From Microthyrium microscopicum (lineage: Eukaryota), in contig MU004236.1 of assembly GCA_010405405.1 (NCBI GenBank), forward strand, positions 1,494,070-1,558,069: a DNA stretch of 64,000 nt. Direction: 5' to 3'. Shown one piece after another: positions 12,394 to 25,126 of the stretch; position 1 is the first letter of the stretch, and each line of letters begins with the position of its first letter. The notes below the pieces were generated by a model. It was not told the origin of the DNA, ran no database searches, and saw only the letters and a list, made by a program, of their open reading frames with translations. A program made the position numbers and the translations under genes.

Positions 12394-14532
12394 ATGGCTG
12401 TAAACGGCCAGAAACACATGGAAGATGAAAAGAATCGCGGATTTCTTGGTGATGGTTCATCGCTGACCCAGAACGAGTGGGAGGTTAGAATATGCTCACC
12501 ACTTGCTGTTCAGGCTAACCGCATCTAGACCAGAGAACGATTACGCCACATGATTGACATGAGAAGAAGCTTCAATTATAGAGTTTGGGCAGTTGCTGCA
12601 AGTGGTTTCTTTACGGACAGCTATAATCTGTTCGCAACAAACACGACGTTGCCTTCGATTGCCTATGTCTTTTGGCCAAATGAGCTCAAAACCGGACGCG
12701 ACACCCTCATCAATGCCATGACCATTCTTGGATCAATCCTAGGCCAGATTGCTTTTGGATATTTCGCGGACAAGTATGGTCGAACTCGTCTATATGGACT
12801 CGAGCTCATCATAGTTGTATTTTCCACAATTGGTGTGGCATCGTGTTCAACTGGATACAGCGACATGAGTGTTTTAGGATGGCTCTGTGTATGGAGATTT
12901 GTTATGGGTATAGGTATGTCCTAAGAGCAACAACATTGACTCTTTTCATTCCTATCATCGCAAGATCATGGCTCTACGTTCTGAAACAATGTTTTTGATC
13001 CAATAGTTCCGAGATATTGTATCATGTGTTGTTGCAAAGCCAGGCTTCGAGTTGTACCTAGTCTGGATGAATACTTAGAGCTTACACTAACATCTTGCTA
13101 GGAATTGGCGCAGAATATCCACTGTCGGCAGTAATAACGAGCGAGTAAGTAACGATGGGTTATGTTACTTGACAATCTACTGATACTAATGTTTTTAAGA
13201 TGGTCAGCAACCCAACAACGCGGCAGAATGTTGGCGTCAGTGTTTCTGATGCAACCAATTGGTCAAATAGTCTCTCAGATAGTTGGGCTCGGAGTCCTAT
13301 ATGGTTGGCATGCTTCAAACGACTTGAGAACTCTTTGTCCAACCGCCGCTGCCACGCAGGCCAGTAACTTCAATGCAACAGCACCAAATGTTATTGAGTG
13401 CACAAAATCGATTGACTCAACCTGGAGGATTGTAACGGGAGTCGGAGCAGCGCCAGCTGTCATTGCTATAGCTTTTCGTTTCCTCATTTGGGACTCTGGA
13501 CTCTACGACCTTGAGGTAAAAAGACATGGTCCTCGAGCCCTCGCCAACACAGCCAGAATATACCCAGAAGATCCCGATACTCAACAAGAGTTCGAGATAC
13601 ACAACGGTGTATATGCAAACAACGAGGCTATCCAGTATACACAGTTCAGTAGAGCTGATTTATATCGCTTCTTCATAGAGGAAGAGAACTACAAGTACCT
13701 CGTAGGCACGTCAGCCTGCTGGTTTCTGCTGGATTTTGCCTTTTTTGGTCTTGGAATGGGTGGGTCTCTCGCTTTGGACGACTGTGTTCATTCACTGACT
13801 GTGTTAGGGAACCCAAGAACTCTGGCTAAGCTCTTTGCCAACAAGCCGGTACCTGAAAGCTACAAACAAAACCCCAGCTGGAACGTTGATGCTTGGCATC
13901 CTGAAAATACCATATTTGATGTCCTGAGCAAGACTGCGTTTCAAAGTTTATACGTTGTTTCCATTTCATCTCTAGCCGGGAGCATATTCTTCATCTTCTT
14001 CGTCAATCGATTTTCGAGGCGCAAGTGGCTCATATGGTCGTTCGGCATTCTCAGCATCTTGTTTATCGTAGCTGGAGCCACTTGGAAGCCTCTTTTTGAA
14101 AAGAAAGGTCGCTTCTTTTCGATTGTGCTCATTGCACTATGCCATTTTGCTTTCAACGCAGGAGCCAACACTCTCACCTTCATGATCCCAAGCGAGATAT
14201 TTCCTACTACGTACCGCTCCTTCTGCCATGGCATCTCTGCAGCGGCAGGTAAATTGGGGAGTGTTATTGTTTTGGCAATCTTGAACAATATCGACGCGGC
14301 CAACCCGGCGACGTTCAAGCAAACTGCAATATTCGTGTCATTTGGAGGTGTCATGGCACTAGGAGCTCTGTTCGCATGGTTATATATACCCAATGTCCAG
14401 GAGATAGTGCGAGAAGAGGGAGGGATCCGTCGGATGGAGAATATGACACTGGAAAACCTTGGACAAGGCAAGATAATGGCACCGCGAGACGACTTACCGA
14501 TTGGATTGAGGGAACGGGTGCGGCGAAGGTAA
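12394..14532 (+). CDS. PHO84: MFS inorganic phosphate:H+ symporter (PHO84 family), about 5 exons
   Basis: ASGFFTDSYNLF, GQIAFGYFADKYGR, micro-exon GIGAEYPLSAVITSE (13102-13144), RGRMLASVFLMQPIGQ, WFLLDFAFFG, GANTLTFMIPSEIFPT, HGISAAAGKLG. Confidence 0.9.
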
Positions 14533-16418
14533 TGGCTGTGCATTTATGCTTAATGTACTTTGATTATAGACTTCTATATCGAGTGACTTCTAATGTAAGA
14601 TACCCTGGTGTCGTATTGTCGTTCAGTCCGTGGTATCACGTAGCTCACGATTGCGGCTGAGATGAGCATGCAATACTATCTACAAGGCTGTTGCAGGGAA
14701 CGAGATGTCGATAGGCCAAAGCTTGATTTACATAGCATGGGTCACGATATGCTTCAGTATATATGGTCTTATGATTTGCGTTTAAATAGTTCGCCGGGAT
14801 GATCTACGCAGATGTGACCTATGCTAGGCAATATAATCATTAATACTTAATACTCACTGAGCATATAATATGATGACAAATTCAAGATTTCGAACGTTCT
14901 AAGATGTTTCTCGAAGAAAGCCCTGTTCTCACGATGAGTTCGGCATCTATTTGCATCTAAGCGCTCTATAGAGACCCGAGCTTGGAATTCGAGTATATTA
15001 AATAGAATACTTAAATTCTAAGAATACTTATGATTAAACTACTTGACTGCAGCAAGTTGATGAAAGTAAGTTATTGGTCTAAGAATAGGACGGAGCACTC
15101 TTTACACCACTACATGTCTCTATTCTACCGCTGAGTCTGTCTTTTTGTTGATTATTGTTTACCCACCGCCATGGTATACGCTGGAACTAGACAAGCAGAC
15201 CCTCACAGTGTTCTTTAGCGCTCCCAGCCCACGTTGCGCCTACATAAGTACGCAGGTTGACCGTTCATGGCGGTCAGTGGACTGTGGTCTTCCGATATTA
15301 AGCGAGCGCCATGACAATCGCAGAAAGCAAACCCATTGCAAACTTGAATTACATTCTGGAGATAAGTGTGCTTAGACTTATTCAGATGAAGAGGAAGGTG
15401 AACAACCGGTCCACGTCATCAATGCACTGAACTTGCTTGGTGTGTAAGATGTCCTTAGGTTTGTACGAGGGCGTAGAGACGTAAGATGATGATGCAGGAA
15501 ACTGCTTGACTCTACATGAGGAAAGTGGAAGATCACATTCAAGCCACTAGGGGTGTCATGAATGTTGTGGGGTGACCTGTCATACACATGGATGAACCCT
15601 TGCTTGTATGTCTCAGTTCCTTACTCAACGAACTGAGGAAAAGCTTCAGCGCCTACGTAGAGATGATGATCGGAGCGAAGCACTCCCTGGAGTACCAACC
15701 TTGATGATATGAGATCTCACACACGTGCAGCAGCAGCAGCACCATGGACTCTGAGAATGCGATGGCAAACACAGTCAAAGAAGAGCGATGCGCGAGTCGC
15801 GCATATCATACATCATCATACAAGAAGCCGAAATGCTTCAATCACTTTTATAGGGCATAGGATCAAAGATTCACAAGGCGTACGGAGAATGACCCGATGC
15901 AAGTCAAGCGTAGTGCAGCCATAATCTTAGTGCGTCGGAACTTGCCAGATCCTCGGTGCAGGGACCGTTGCCGACTTGGAAAAGCTTGTTTTGCCTTCAT
16001 CGGCAAGATAGACATGGATATCGAGTTGAAAGGTTGGAGGAGATTTAAGGAATAGCCATAGTAGTGAGGCCAATTGGCAATAATGTAACAAGAAGCCCGT
16101 TTCAAAGCAAAGAACGTCTTGTTCCTAACGAATTACCAGCTATCGTTCTACCCTTCTATGTCGCTTTCAAGCAGCCAGTGCTCATATTATTACTTGAACA
16201 ATGATTGAAGATACAGACACATCCTAGACTCGGTAGACGACTCGTGCGAGAAACGTGTTCGCTTACTCCAGGAAAATTGTCTGTGCTGCAACGGCTTCTC
16301 AAGACTCAACCACCAACCATGTGCGGCTCTACAATCAATCCACCACCCACGCATCTGCATCTGCAGATATATCGCAGCGTGATCGGAAGTGAGTTTAGGC
16401 TCCGTCTCTCTGATGCGG

Positions 16419-19400
16419 GAGGAGAAGTTTTCACACCCCCTACTCAGCGGCACCCCAAGATTCTACACACCCTCCAGGGGTGGCCCAGACCCTGTCACTA
16501 AATTTGGTATGGACGCCACCAAATCTAATAACAGGGAAGGGACCTAAGCGAAATATATATAGATCTATAAGCGGATTAGCGGGATTACGAGATTTTAGGT
16601 AAGTATATTTTTAGGTACTATTAAAGCAAAATTTTAGTATTAGTAGTAAATCGTATATATTAAGACGTAGAATAAGCTAAAGAATAGGAAATTAACCCTA
16701 AATTACGCAATTCTCTCTAATCTCTAGTATTTTAGCCTAAGAACCTAGCTACTATATAACTACGTATTGTATCTTATCTTCTTATATTATAAATACACCT
16801 ATTAAACTACTAAAAGAGGTTAAATTAACTATCTTAGCTATCATCGCTTCTTCTATAATAGCCTCTACATCTTTATTATTATTAGTAGAAGAAGAGAATT
16901 ATTAGACGATATCTTAAGATTAATTAAACTAATAAGCTTTATATAGAAGTTAGTTATCTTAGTATACTCGTCGTTATTATCGTTAATAATATTAAGATAG
17001 GCCTTTTAGAAAGACTTAATTAACTAAATATAATATATAAAATCTATTAAATTCCTTTTAATAGCGATAATAGCTTTAAATACGTATAAGCAAAGAAATT
17101 ACTTATTCTACTATCTATAGTAATTATAGGTCCTAGATTTAATATCTATAGCGTATTCTTTAGAATAGGGAGAGTATTTAATTATAGCAATAAGGATAGC
17201 AGCGTTAGAGGAATTAAGGGCGACGATAACACATCTTTTAGCGTAATATTTAGTAGTATTATAGAATTATCAACTATAATGAGTAAGATCTATAGGCATT
17301 AGATATTAGCATAGGTTTAAGTACGTATAGATTTAATTATCTACTCCTTAACGTTCAATACGCTATTTAATAATATAATTCTAGATACCATTTAAAAGAA
17401 GAATAGGATACTTATAATAATATCTATTAAGAGCTAAATTAGCAATCTTAGAAGCATTAGATATTAACCAACTATATTATAGAGCAGGGAAGTATTCTTA
17501 TACCTACTTCTCTTTAGGTAGCTTCTTAATATAAAATTTAAAGTCTATAGAATATATAGCAACATCCTATAGTATTAGATAGTTCTATTAGTAAGTTAAG
17601 ATAGAATTAGTATATTTAGCAACCTATTACGATACCTATATACTAAAATAGGACTAAACATTCTATTTAAAGTAAAAGGTATACCAACTAAAGGCACTCT
17701 TCTTAAAATTTAAGTTTAGTGTATTTAAAAGGCCTTAGTTTTAATTAGTAATTATAGTAGAGCGAAATTCTAGAAGAGATATAGTTAGTTAAAGTTAGGA
17801 ATCTTAAAGATATAATTAAGAAAGAGGAAGAGAAAGGGCTAGAAGAATAGATAATCTAGCTAGAATAATAATAAATCTAAAGACTAGCGCCAAGATTTAT
17901 AAAGATTACCAATCTCAATACTAAGTATTGCGCGTCCTAGATATATATATATTTAATTCTATAACTTATTATTCTCTCCTTTAAAGATACTAAACACGTA
18001 AATTATTATATTACCTTCGCTATTAAATTTAGTAATAATAATTATTTTAGTATCGTATCCTATTTTATAATAAGTAGCATTTAAACTAATAATTTTAGGC
18101 GACTAGGTAAAAGTAGCTTAACTTATAAATAGGTACATAAATACGTATTAAATCCACCTTATAGAAGCCTTCTCAACTTTAATATACACCTAAGGATTAG
18201 CTTCCTTTAGCGCTTTAATCTAGAAGGGCAACATATAATAACTATTTAGGAATCTATCTTCCTCGTATCTAAATATCTTACGCTTTAGCTAAGACGCCTA
18301 TTAAAGAGAAACCTATTAGCCTATATATTTATAGATTATATTAATAATATCCTAGTTAGGAATATTCTTATTAAGGGCAGCGTACATCTCAACAATCTAT
18401 TTTATTATAGATAACTTTAAGCAATATAACTATTATAGAGTTGATTTAATAGAACAAGTATATTCTTCTAACGCGTTAATCCACATTAGTACCTACTTCC
18501 TTATAGTTATATTAACGCATCTAGGAATTATTAAAAACGCGCACGCCCCCTAAGGACAAGAATCAAACCAGCACTTCTAAAGCTATCAATCCTCTCTAAA
18601 GCCTCTCTTCTTACGTACTTTAAATCCTATCTTCACCACTATAAGACGAAGAATAGTATCTAAATCCTAGTAAGCATCCTATACTAAACTAAGGGTTAGT
18701 TTCTGCTATAATCTAGCCTTATCGCTTATTAAGCTAGCGGATAACGTAGGATTAATTAGATTAGGCTCTAGTAAAGAATTAAGAGCTTTATATATCTTAC
18801 GTACGTTAATATTATTTAAAAAGGTGCCTAGCTCCAATTCTTCTTCATTAAGGGTAAGGTTAATATATTTAATAAACGGTACTAGATTCTTAATAATTAC
18901 AGCCTTAAAGTTAAGAGCTTCCTTAATAGAAATAAATCTAAAGGACATTAGTATATTATATTTAAAAGATAAAGACGCCATAATAATTTATAAGTAAGTA
19001 GGTAGAAACGAGATAAAGATATAATATCTTTTAGATAAGATATAATATAAAACGTTAATATTCTAATATAGGCAGTTCTAAGCTTCTAAAAACACGCCTA
19101 AAGCCTACCCTTTATCTCCTTTATTTCTTAATATCTCTACAACTAATTCTATAATATAAATTACTACTAAAAAGTAATATATTTAATCTCCTCGCTTAAT
19201 TCTTTATATACTATATATTTTTACAATTTTTAATAATTTTGGCTAATTTTAGCGTACTACAACATTAAAATATTACTTTTATACCTAAAGCTAGATCTAT
19301 AGCTATTCTTAAAATCTTAACATTTTAATATTTAACTCTATAGTAGAAATCTCTACTAAAAAGCGGTATATTCTATTCTATCTATTCTTAGTCTACTATA

Positions 19401-19859
19401 TGCTAAATTTTCACTATTTTACACTATTTTAGATAATATAGTATTAAAATACTACTTCTATATAGAGCTACTATAAAAACTAGATCTATAGCTTTTAGCG
19501 CTTACTTATTTAATATCTATATCTTAATATCTAATTCGATAGTATAAATCTCTACTAAAAAGCGGTATATAAAATCCTTCTATTAAATTTTATTAATTTT
19601 ATTCTTTTTGCAAAATTCTTATCTTAGTAAAGGACCCTACCGTCGCTATAGATGCAGATCTAGCTTTAGTAAGCAAAATCTATCTTTAGTAGTAGTAGGG
19701 TCTTCCACTATAGATCTATACATATTCCGCTTAGGTCTTTTTCCTATTATTAGATTTAGTAGCGTCCACACCAAATTTAGTAATAGGGTCTGGGCCACCC
19801 CTAGAGGGTGTGTAGAATCTTGGGGTGCCGCGACGTAGGGTATGTGGAAACTTGTCCTC
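16419..19859 (-). mobile_element. Mutator-like (MULE) DNA transposon, full length, inactivated by RIP
   Basis: About 150-bp TIRs beginning GAGGA and ending TCCTC; 9-bp TSD CTGATGCGG at 16410-16418 and 19860-19868. Interior is extremely AT/TpA-rich. Minus-strand remnant IISLNATYYKIGYDTKIIIITKFNSEGNIIIYVFSIFKGENNKL*N* (17950-18095) resembles the MULE transposase core. Confidence 0.9.
16700..18981 (-). pseudogene. RIP-degraded MULE transposase
   Basis: Starts at the 18981 ORF. MuDR-type C..C...W.I...(H>Y)TC segment near 18450-18640 and first catalytic motif (LD>LN)AT(H>Y) near 18080; many TAA/TAG stops. The 3' end is approximate. Confidence 0.7.
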
Positions 19860-20440
19860 CTGATGCGGGGAATGTCGACTGTGGCTTGCTGCGTGGATCA
19901 CTGCGCATTGGGCACCACAGACTCAGGGTCCCCAAGATGGTAGTTCTAGGAGGGACGAGCATTATTATTACTTGGAGACAACGGGCTACTTTCAATTCTC
20001 GCTTCAGCATTTGTGTCAGATAGGCATTCATGTCCGCGAAATAGGCAAGGTAGGCTTGACACAGTTGAGATATTCAGTGCGATCACAACTACGAAGCCGC
20101 TGCTGTTACTGGGCAGCACGCCCATTATTGAGCGTAAGAGCAATAATCGCAGCACTGAGCAGACATCGCCTCCACCGCAAAGTGCTAAAAGGTAGTAGGC
20201 TGTAGCAGTAAATGTAGCTAGCTGGCTGGCGGCGCAAAGGAGCTGGTTGCTGGCATCCTGCAGAGTATTTAACCCCCAACCGTCCCAGCTTATTCCCGGA
20301 GCGTCCCCTTTCTTCTGTCCGCCTACAACGCTGCTCCAGCATTCTAGTCCCGAGCCCTAATTGGTAGCCTTCAGGCTTCTGCTATTGTGGTTTTCGAACC
20401 GTTATGCCAAGTCATTGATGCCAAGATAAGGCTGACCAGA

Positions 20441-23273
20441 ATGGCCTCCAACAGTGAGGCCTCCGAGATTGATGCCAAGATATCGCGTGCCAGCACCAGC
20501 ACCAGCACTCATGGCACTCCTGCCAGTAACTCTCCTGATACCGCTGGCGAACAGACAGCCACACCGTCCAAGAGGAGGCAGAAACGCAACAAGCCCACTC
20601 TCAGCTGCTCCGAGTGTGTGGAACGCAAAACAAAGGTGCGTTTGCAAATTCACTATTCGCTGCCCAACATCGATAGCTCCGTCGCGACATTGCCTGCTTC
20701 CATCACCGCCAGTATCACTGGCTTTGCGCTTCGAGAATCTCATTGTCGAAACTCCTTTATCTACTTCGAGAAGAAGCGGGCAGTTTGATACGGGCAACTT
20801 ATTGTCAGGACTGACGGATATCTGAGAATACTCAGAACTGACAAATACACTTTCTTGATTTATGGATTGATCACTTTGAAGAAGCCTGTTCCAGTCTTTC
20901 ACTATTTAGCTAACATCTGAAACGTTCACAGTGCGATAGATTGCGACCAGCTTGCGTAGCATGCGTCAAGAGACAAAGCGTATGCAGATATTCAGACATC
21001 GCGAATCTAATTGCAGCAAAGTAAGTGACACTCCACGCAGCCTTATGATGACGAGAGACGCAGAGAGATGATTTTATCTTTCGAAGTTGCACAGCCTCGC
21101 TCAGGGCGACTTCATTGGGCAAGCAAGCCAGAGGAAGCGAGAGCATTTCTCTCTTTTTCTTACAAGTGCTTATCCATAAGTCCCGGAATAAGATAGTATA
21201 CCTTCATCTCTCTTGACCGTGGTGAGCAACAAGCACATTTACGTCTCACAAGGCTATTCAATGTATCCAATTCGTGCCACCACGGACCCTCACTCAACCT
21301 GATCGTCATTGGAAGACCGAGCTGATTGCGTACTCCTAGTGGTAATGGACGTGCGGGGATCAAATCAAAGAAACATGCGGCTAAGTCGGCAGCAGATGCT
21401 GTGAATAATTCGCCAGGGGTAAGTCACAGTTTCCATGATCTTGCATTTCTACTTCATATATTTACTTATTTTGTTTCCCACCCATTGTGGTATTCTTGTT
21501 TGAACTTCATCATGTCGAAGCCATGGATAATAAGTCGTTATTGTTCACCGACTACTCGGTATGATAGCCAATTTCTTTCATTTCCTTCATGATCAATATG
21601 TCTTCGCGGTTAGTCTTGGGAGAACAGAATCTAACTTCCCCAGTTACCTACCCCTAATTCCTTTGGACGAAGTACTTCTATATCCTCTCAGTCTTCACCT
21701 TTTCTACTTTCAAATGTTCCTCACACATCACAGCCACCTTATCATGTATTCGGAACCGGATCTCAACACCCTTTCGCCAACTACTGGACGACACAGGGTG
21801 GAATTCCAGAAGTCGTCGGTGTATTGCCGACTAAAGAGCAAGCAGATACCTTGATTGCAAAGTACTTTGAAGCAGTAGATCCAGTCTACCCCCTATTACA
21901 TAAGGAGTCCACTTATGCGGAATACGATCAGTTCTGGGCACTACCACAAGAACAGAAATGTTTTGCAGACGCATCTTTACTGGCATTACATTTTGCCATG
22001 TATGCAATGGGAGCGCAATTCCTCCAGATGGAATCAGATCAAGCAAGGCAACAGATTTCAGAGTTCTATGTATCGGCTGCACACCAATCTCTCCGACTAT
22101 ATCCCTTTCTTAGCCGAACATCACTGCATTCTATTCAAGCTATGATACTGATGGCGTATTTCCTAATGAACGACAACAAGGCCACTGATGCCTGGGCATT
22201 CACTGGGATTCTCGTCAAACAGGCATATGCTATGGGCCTGCACCGCGATCCAGATATCATTGCCCCTAAAGCAACCGAAATGGAAAAGAACCAGCGCCGA
22301 AAAGTGTGGTACTCCACGTTTCATCAGGATGTATTCTTGAGTAAATTATCCCTGACATCGTCCTAATGCCATGCTAACATCTGCCCAGCTGTATTGGTCA
22401 AGTTGCCACCAACAACTACATTTTCAGATGTTTCCATTGACAGCCTAACAGAAGATGGAATCGAACCTGAAAAAGAAGCCTCCATTATCACAAACCCAAT
22501 GAGCATAAGTGCTATAGCACCCCGTCAAATGACGCCACCTATTCCGCCTCCACCACATACTTCTGTCACTGCGAAATCGGACGTTGCCTTCATTCGCTCA
22601 ATGTGGCGTCTCGCCGAGCTGGTTCAGCGCACTATCTGCCAACCGCGCGCGCTGTCGCAGCCGTTGACAACATCCACACGCCAGAAAACCCAGCTACTTT
22701 CTAACTTTCATTCACTTTATTCGTCATTTCCTTCGCCGCTGAGTGATTCTAGATCACAGTTTTTTGCCAACCTCGTGGCAACGAACCCAAGAATTGCACG
22801 ACAGAGCATATTCCTGCGGAGCAATTACTGGCACTGCATCATGATTATCCAAGCAGATGCCAACGAGGCAGCAGGAGTCAAGTGTGATGTCCGGGGTGCG
22901 ATTGAAGCTGCTCGTCTAGCTATCCGGGCATACTTTGACTTTTGGGATGGGCTACGACCTGATGCAGGAGTATGGTTTGTTTCGAGTCACCGCTGCTTTG
23001 AGGAAGCTGTAAGTTTCCTCACTCATAGTGTAAGAGAATCACTTTGCTAATATGTTGCAGCTGACCATATCTAACCTGCTCGCGGCCCTTCACCCCAGCC
23101 ATTCGATAGCAGCGGTGAATTCATCTGCGCTGGTTGACCCATTCTTCATTGAAGCGCGGGATGACGTTAGACGGGTCCTCGAGATTCTGGAGCAAGTCGG
23201 CACGGGTGCACCTGAGATGCAGAAAACACGGACTGAGGTGCTACGCGCCGCCTATGAAGCTATAGCCTGGTAA
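20441..23273 (+). CDS. Zn(II)2Cys6 transcription factor with fungal-specific TF domain (multi-exon)
   Basis: RNKPTLSCSECVERKTK | CDRLRPACVACVKRQSVC split by intron 20636-20931; YFEAVDPVYPLLH; AYAMGLHRDP...RRKVW. Confidence 0.9.
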
Positions 23274-23558
23274 CAGTTGATATTTCTACGATGATATGGT
23301 TTATGATGATGTAACTCTCTGTGCATGGAATTGGAGAAACATGACATATTAGCGGTGCAACGATAGCTATCACTCGCTTGGGTCATGTGGGAAAAGGTAT
23401 ATAGACAGTATGGTTATTTTACATCGATTCTATCACAATTCTCTATCTTGCCATCCAATGCGAAGACCGAACTAATCAGTCGTATTGTTCATGCCCAAAC
23501 GCCATGCAATGCAAAGGTCCGTAAGTCAAACACACTTTCAGCCGTCGTCGTCTAGGTG

Positions 23559-24820
23559 TTACGACGGTTCTCTTTCGGAAGTGATAGGATGTTGCTCAAA
23601 ATACTTGAGGAATTGCTGATACAGCACCAGCATGGTACCGGACTGGACTGCCGTCCACACAGCGCGTGGTCCAACTCCACGAAAGAGTCCAGCAAATCCT
23701 TCTGTGCGGTACATCAGCTTCAAGCCAGTGAGGATGGACGAAGTGTCCAACATTGCTGCCTGGGGCGGTTTTATTGTCGTTGAAGGGGATGACGTAGAGA
23801 TGTGACGAGTAATGTTATGAGTTGCTTTTTTCGATGCGTTGGAAGATGAATGCTTTTGTATCCCCGAGCTCATCTGTGCAGGTGAGACCGACGGTGGCTC
23901 TATCGGGATGATTTGCGTTTGAATGCGCGTTTTGACCACGTCTAGTGGGCATGTTATGACACCTGCCATACACCCTGCCGATGCTCCAGTAAAAATTTCC
24001 AAAGGAAGGCCAATGTCTCTGTTACCGACCATGGATCTTGCGATCTTTTGTTCTTGCTCGTAAAAGGCGAATTGGAGGGCCGAAAATGGTACATCTCGAT
24101 ATAAGGTTGCCTTGTAGCCGTAGAACAAAGCTCCGAGCCCTTCATACCGTACGATGCTAGTTAAAGCATGTAATGTAGATCGGTAATTGTAACCACTCTG
24201 AAAGAAAGGATTGTTATGTCGTCCTTGTAGCTGTAGTCTGGTCTTCAGCACCTCCGAGGGTACGTACAAAGGCGAGGCGATGACATCGGCAATGACACCA
24301 GCATTAAAGTATGCCAGCCATGGAGTCACCCCCAAATCAATCATGGTTCTCTTGGTGTACTCATAAGAGCCGAAAAATAATACAGTGCCGGTGAAGGATC
24401 CGAGAAAAGCGGGAAGCACACCTCCGTATAGTCCTTTCCGAATACCTTCTTGCCTCAAGATCTTCCAATAACTCGATCCTAACGTAGTGTATTTGGGGGG
24501 AATATGGGGATCGCCTTGTTGCCGCGTTTTGACAGTGTCTATCGAGTGCATTAACATGTCGCCAGTGGTTCCGCCGAAGCCGCCTGCCAGCATGGCCTAG
24601 AAAAAGTTAGGAGACGAGCTCGATTGTTGGCTTGGGAGCTCCGTACATGAATATAGGGCGGCCTTAAGGCCTCCTCATCGATATAAGCGCCCATTGTTTC
24701 CTCCGATCGTGGTGCTGAATTGTGTTGGATATCCGATAGTGTTCCATCGCTCAATGACGAGACAGGTATATCTGCGCTTCCGCTGGGCAGTAGGGAGCGT
24801 ACAGCTTCGCCCAGGGGCAT
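23559..24820 (-). CDS. MME1: Mitochondrial carrier, MME1/YMR166C-like (intron 24597-24646)
   Basis: Three carrier repeats (HSIDTVKTRQQG, PSEVLKTRLQ, PLDVVKTRIQ). MHSxDTVKTRQQG is characteristic of the YMR166C subfamily. Confidence 0.8.
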
Positions 24821-25126
24821 TAAGTCAGGGAATGCGGATCGCGAAAGGTGAGCGCTATGCAGAACGAAATAACGGATAGAAAGGACCGTGGTGGTGCTGA
24901 ATTGATTGAGGTTGAGTATGTGGAAGTTTTTGGAGATGGTTTGGAGTTGAACTTTTTTGGCCAACAAAAAGTCGACATGCATGCAATTGGTGGGCGCGAC
25001 CCATCTCCATCGCGAAGCCTCCACTTCCTCCAGTTTTGCTCAAGATCTTGCTTGCGACCACTACACCTTCATTTATGATACGGTTGATTGCGCAGATGTA
25101 AACATCACTTGCATTTTGCTAAATTC

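Noticed and set aside
16690..16702. TAACCCTAA telomere/template-like motif
   Set aside because: Single copy inside the RIPped transposon, expected by chance.
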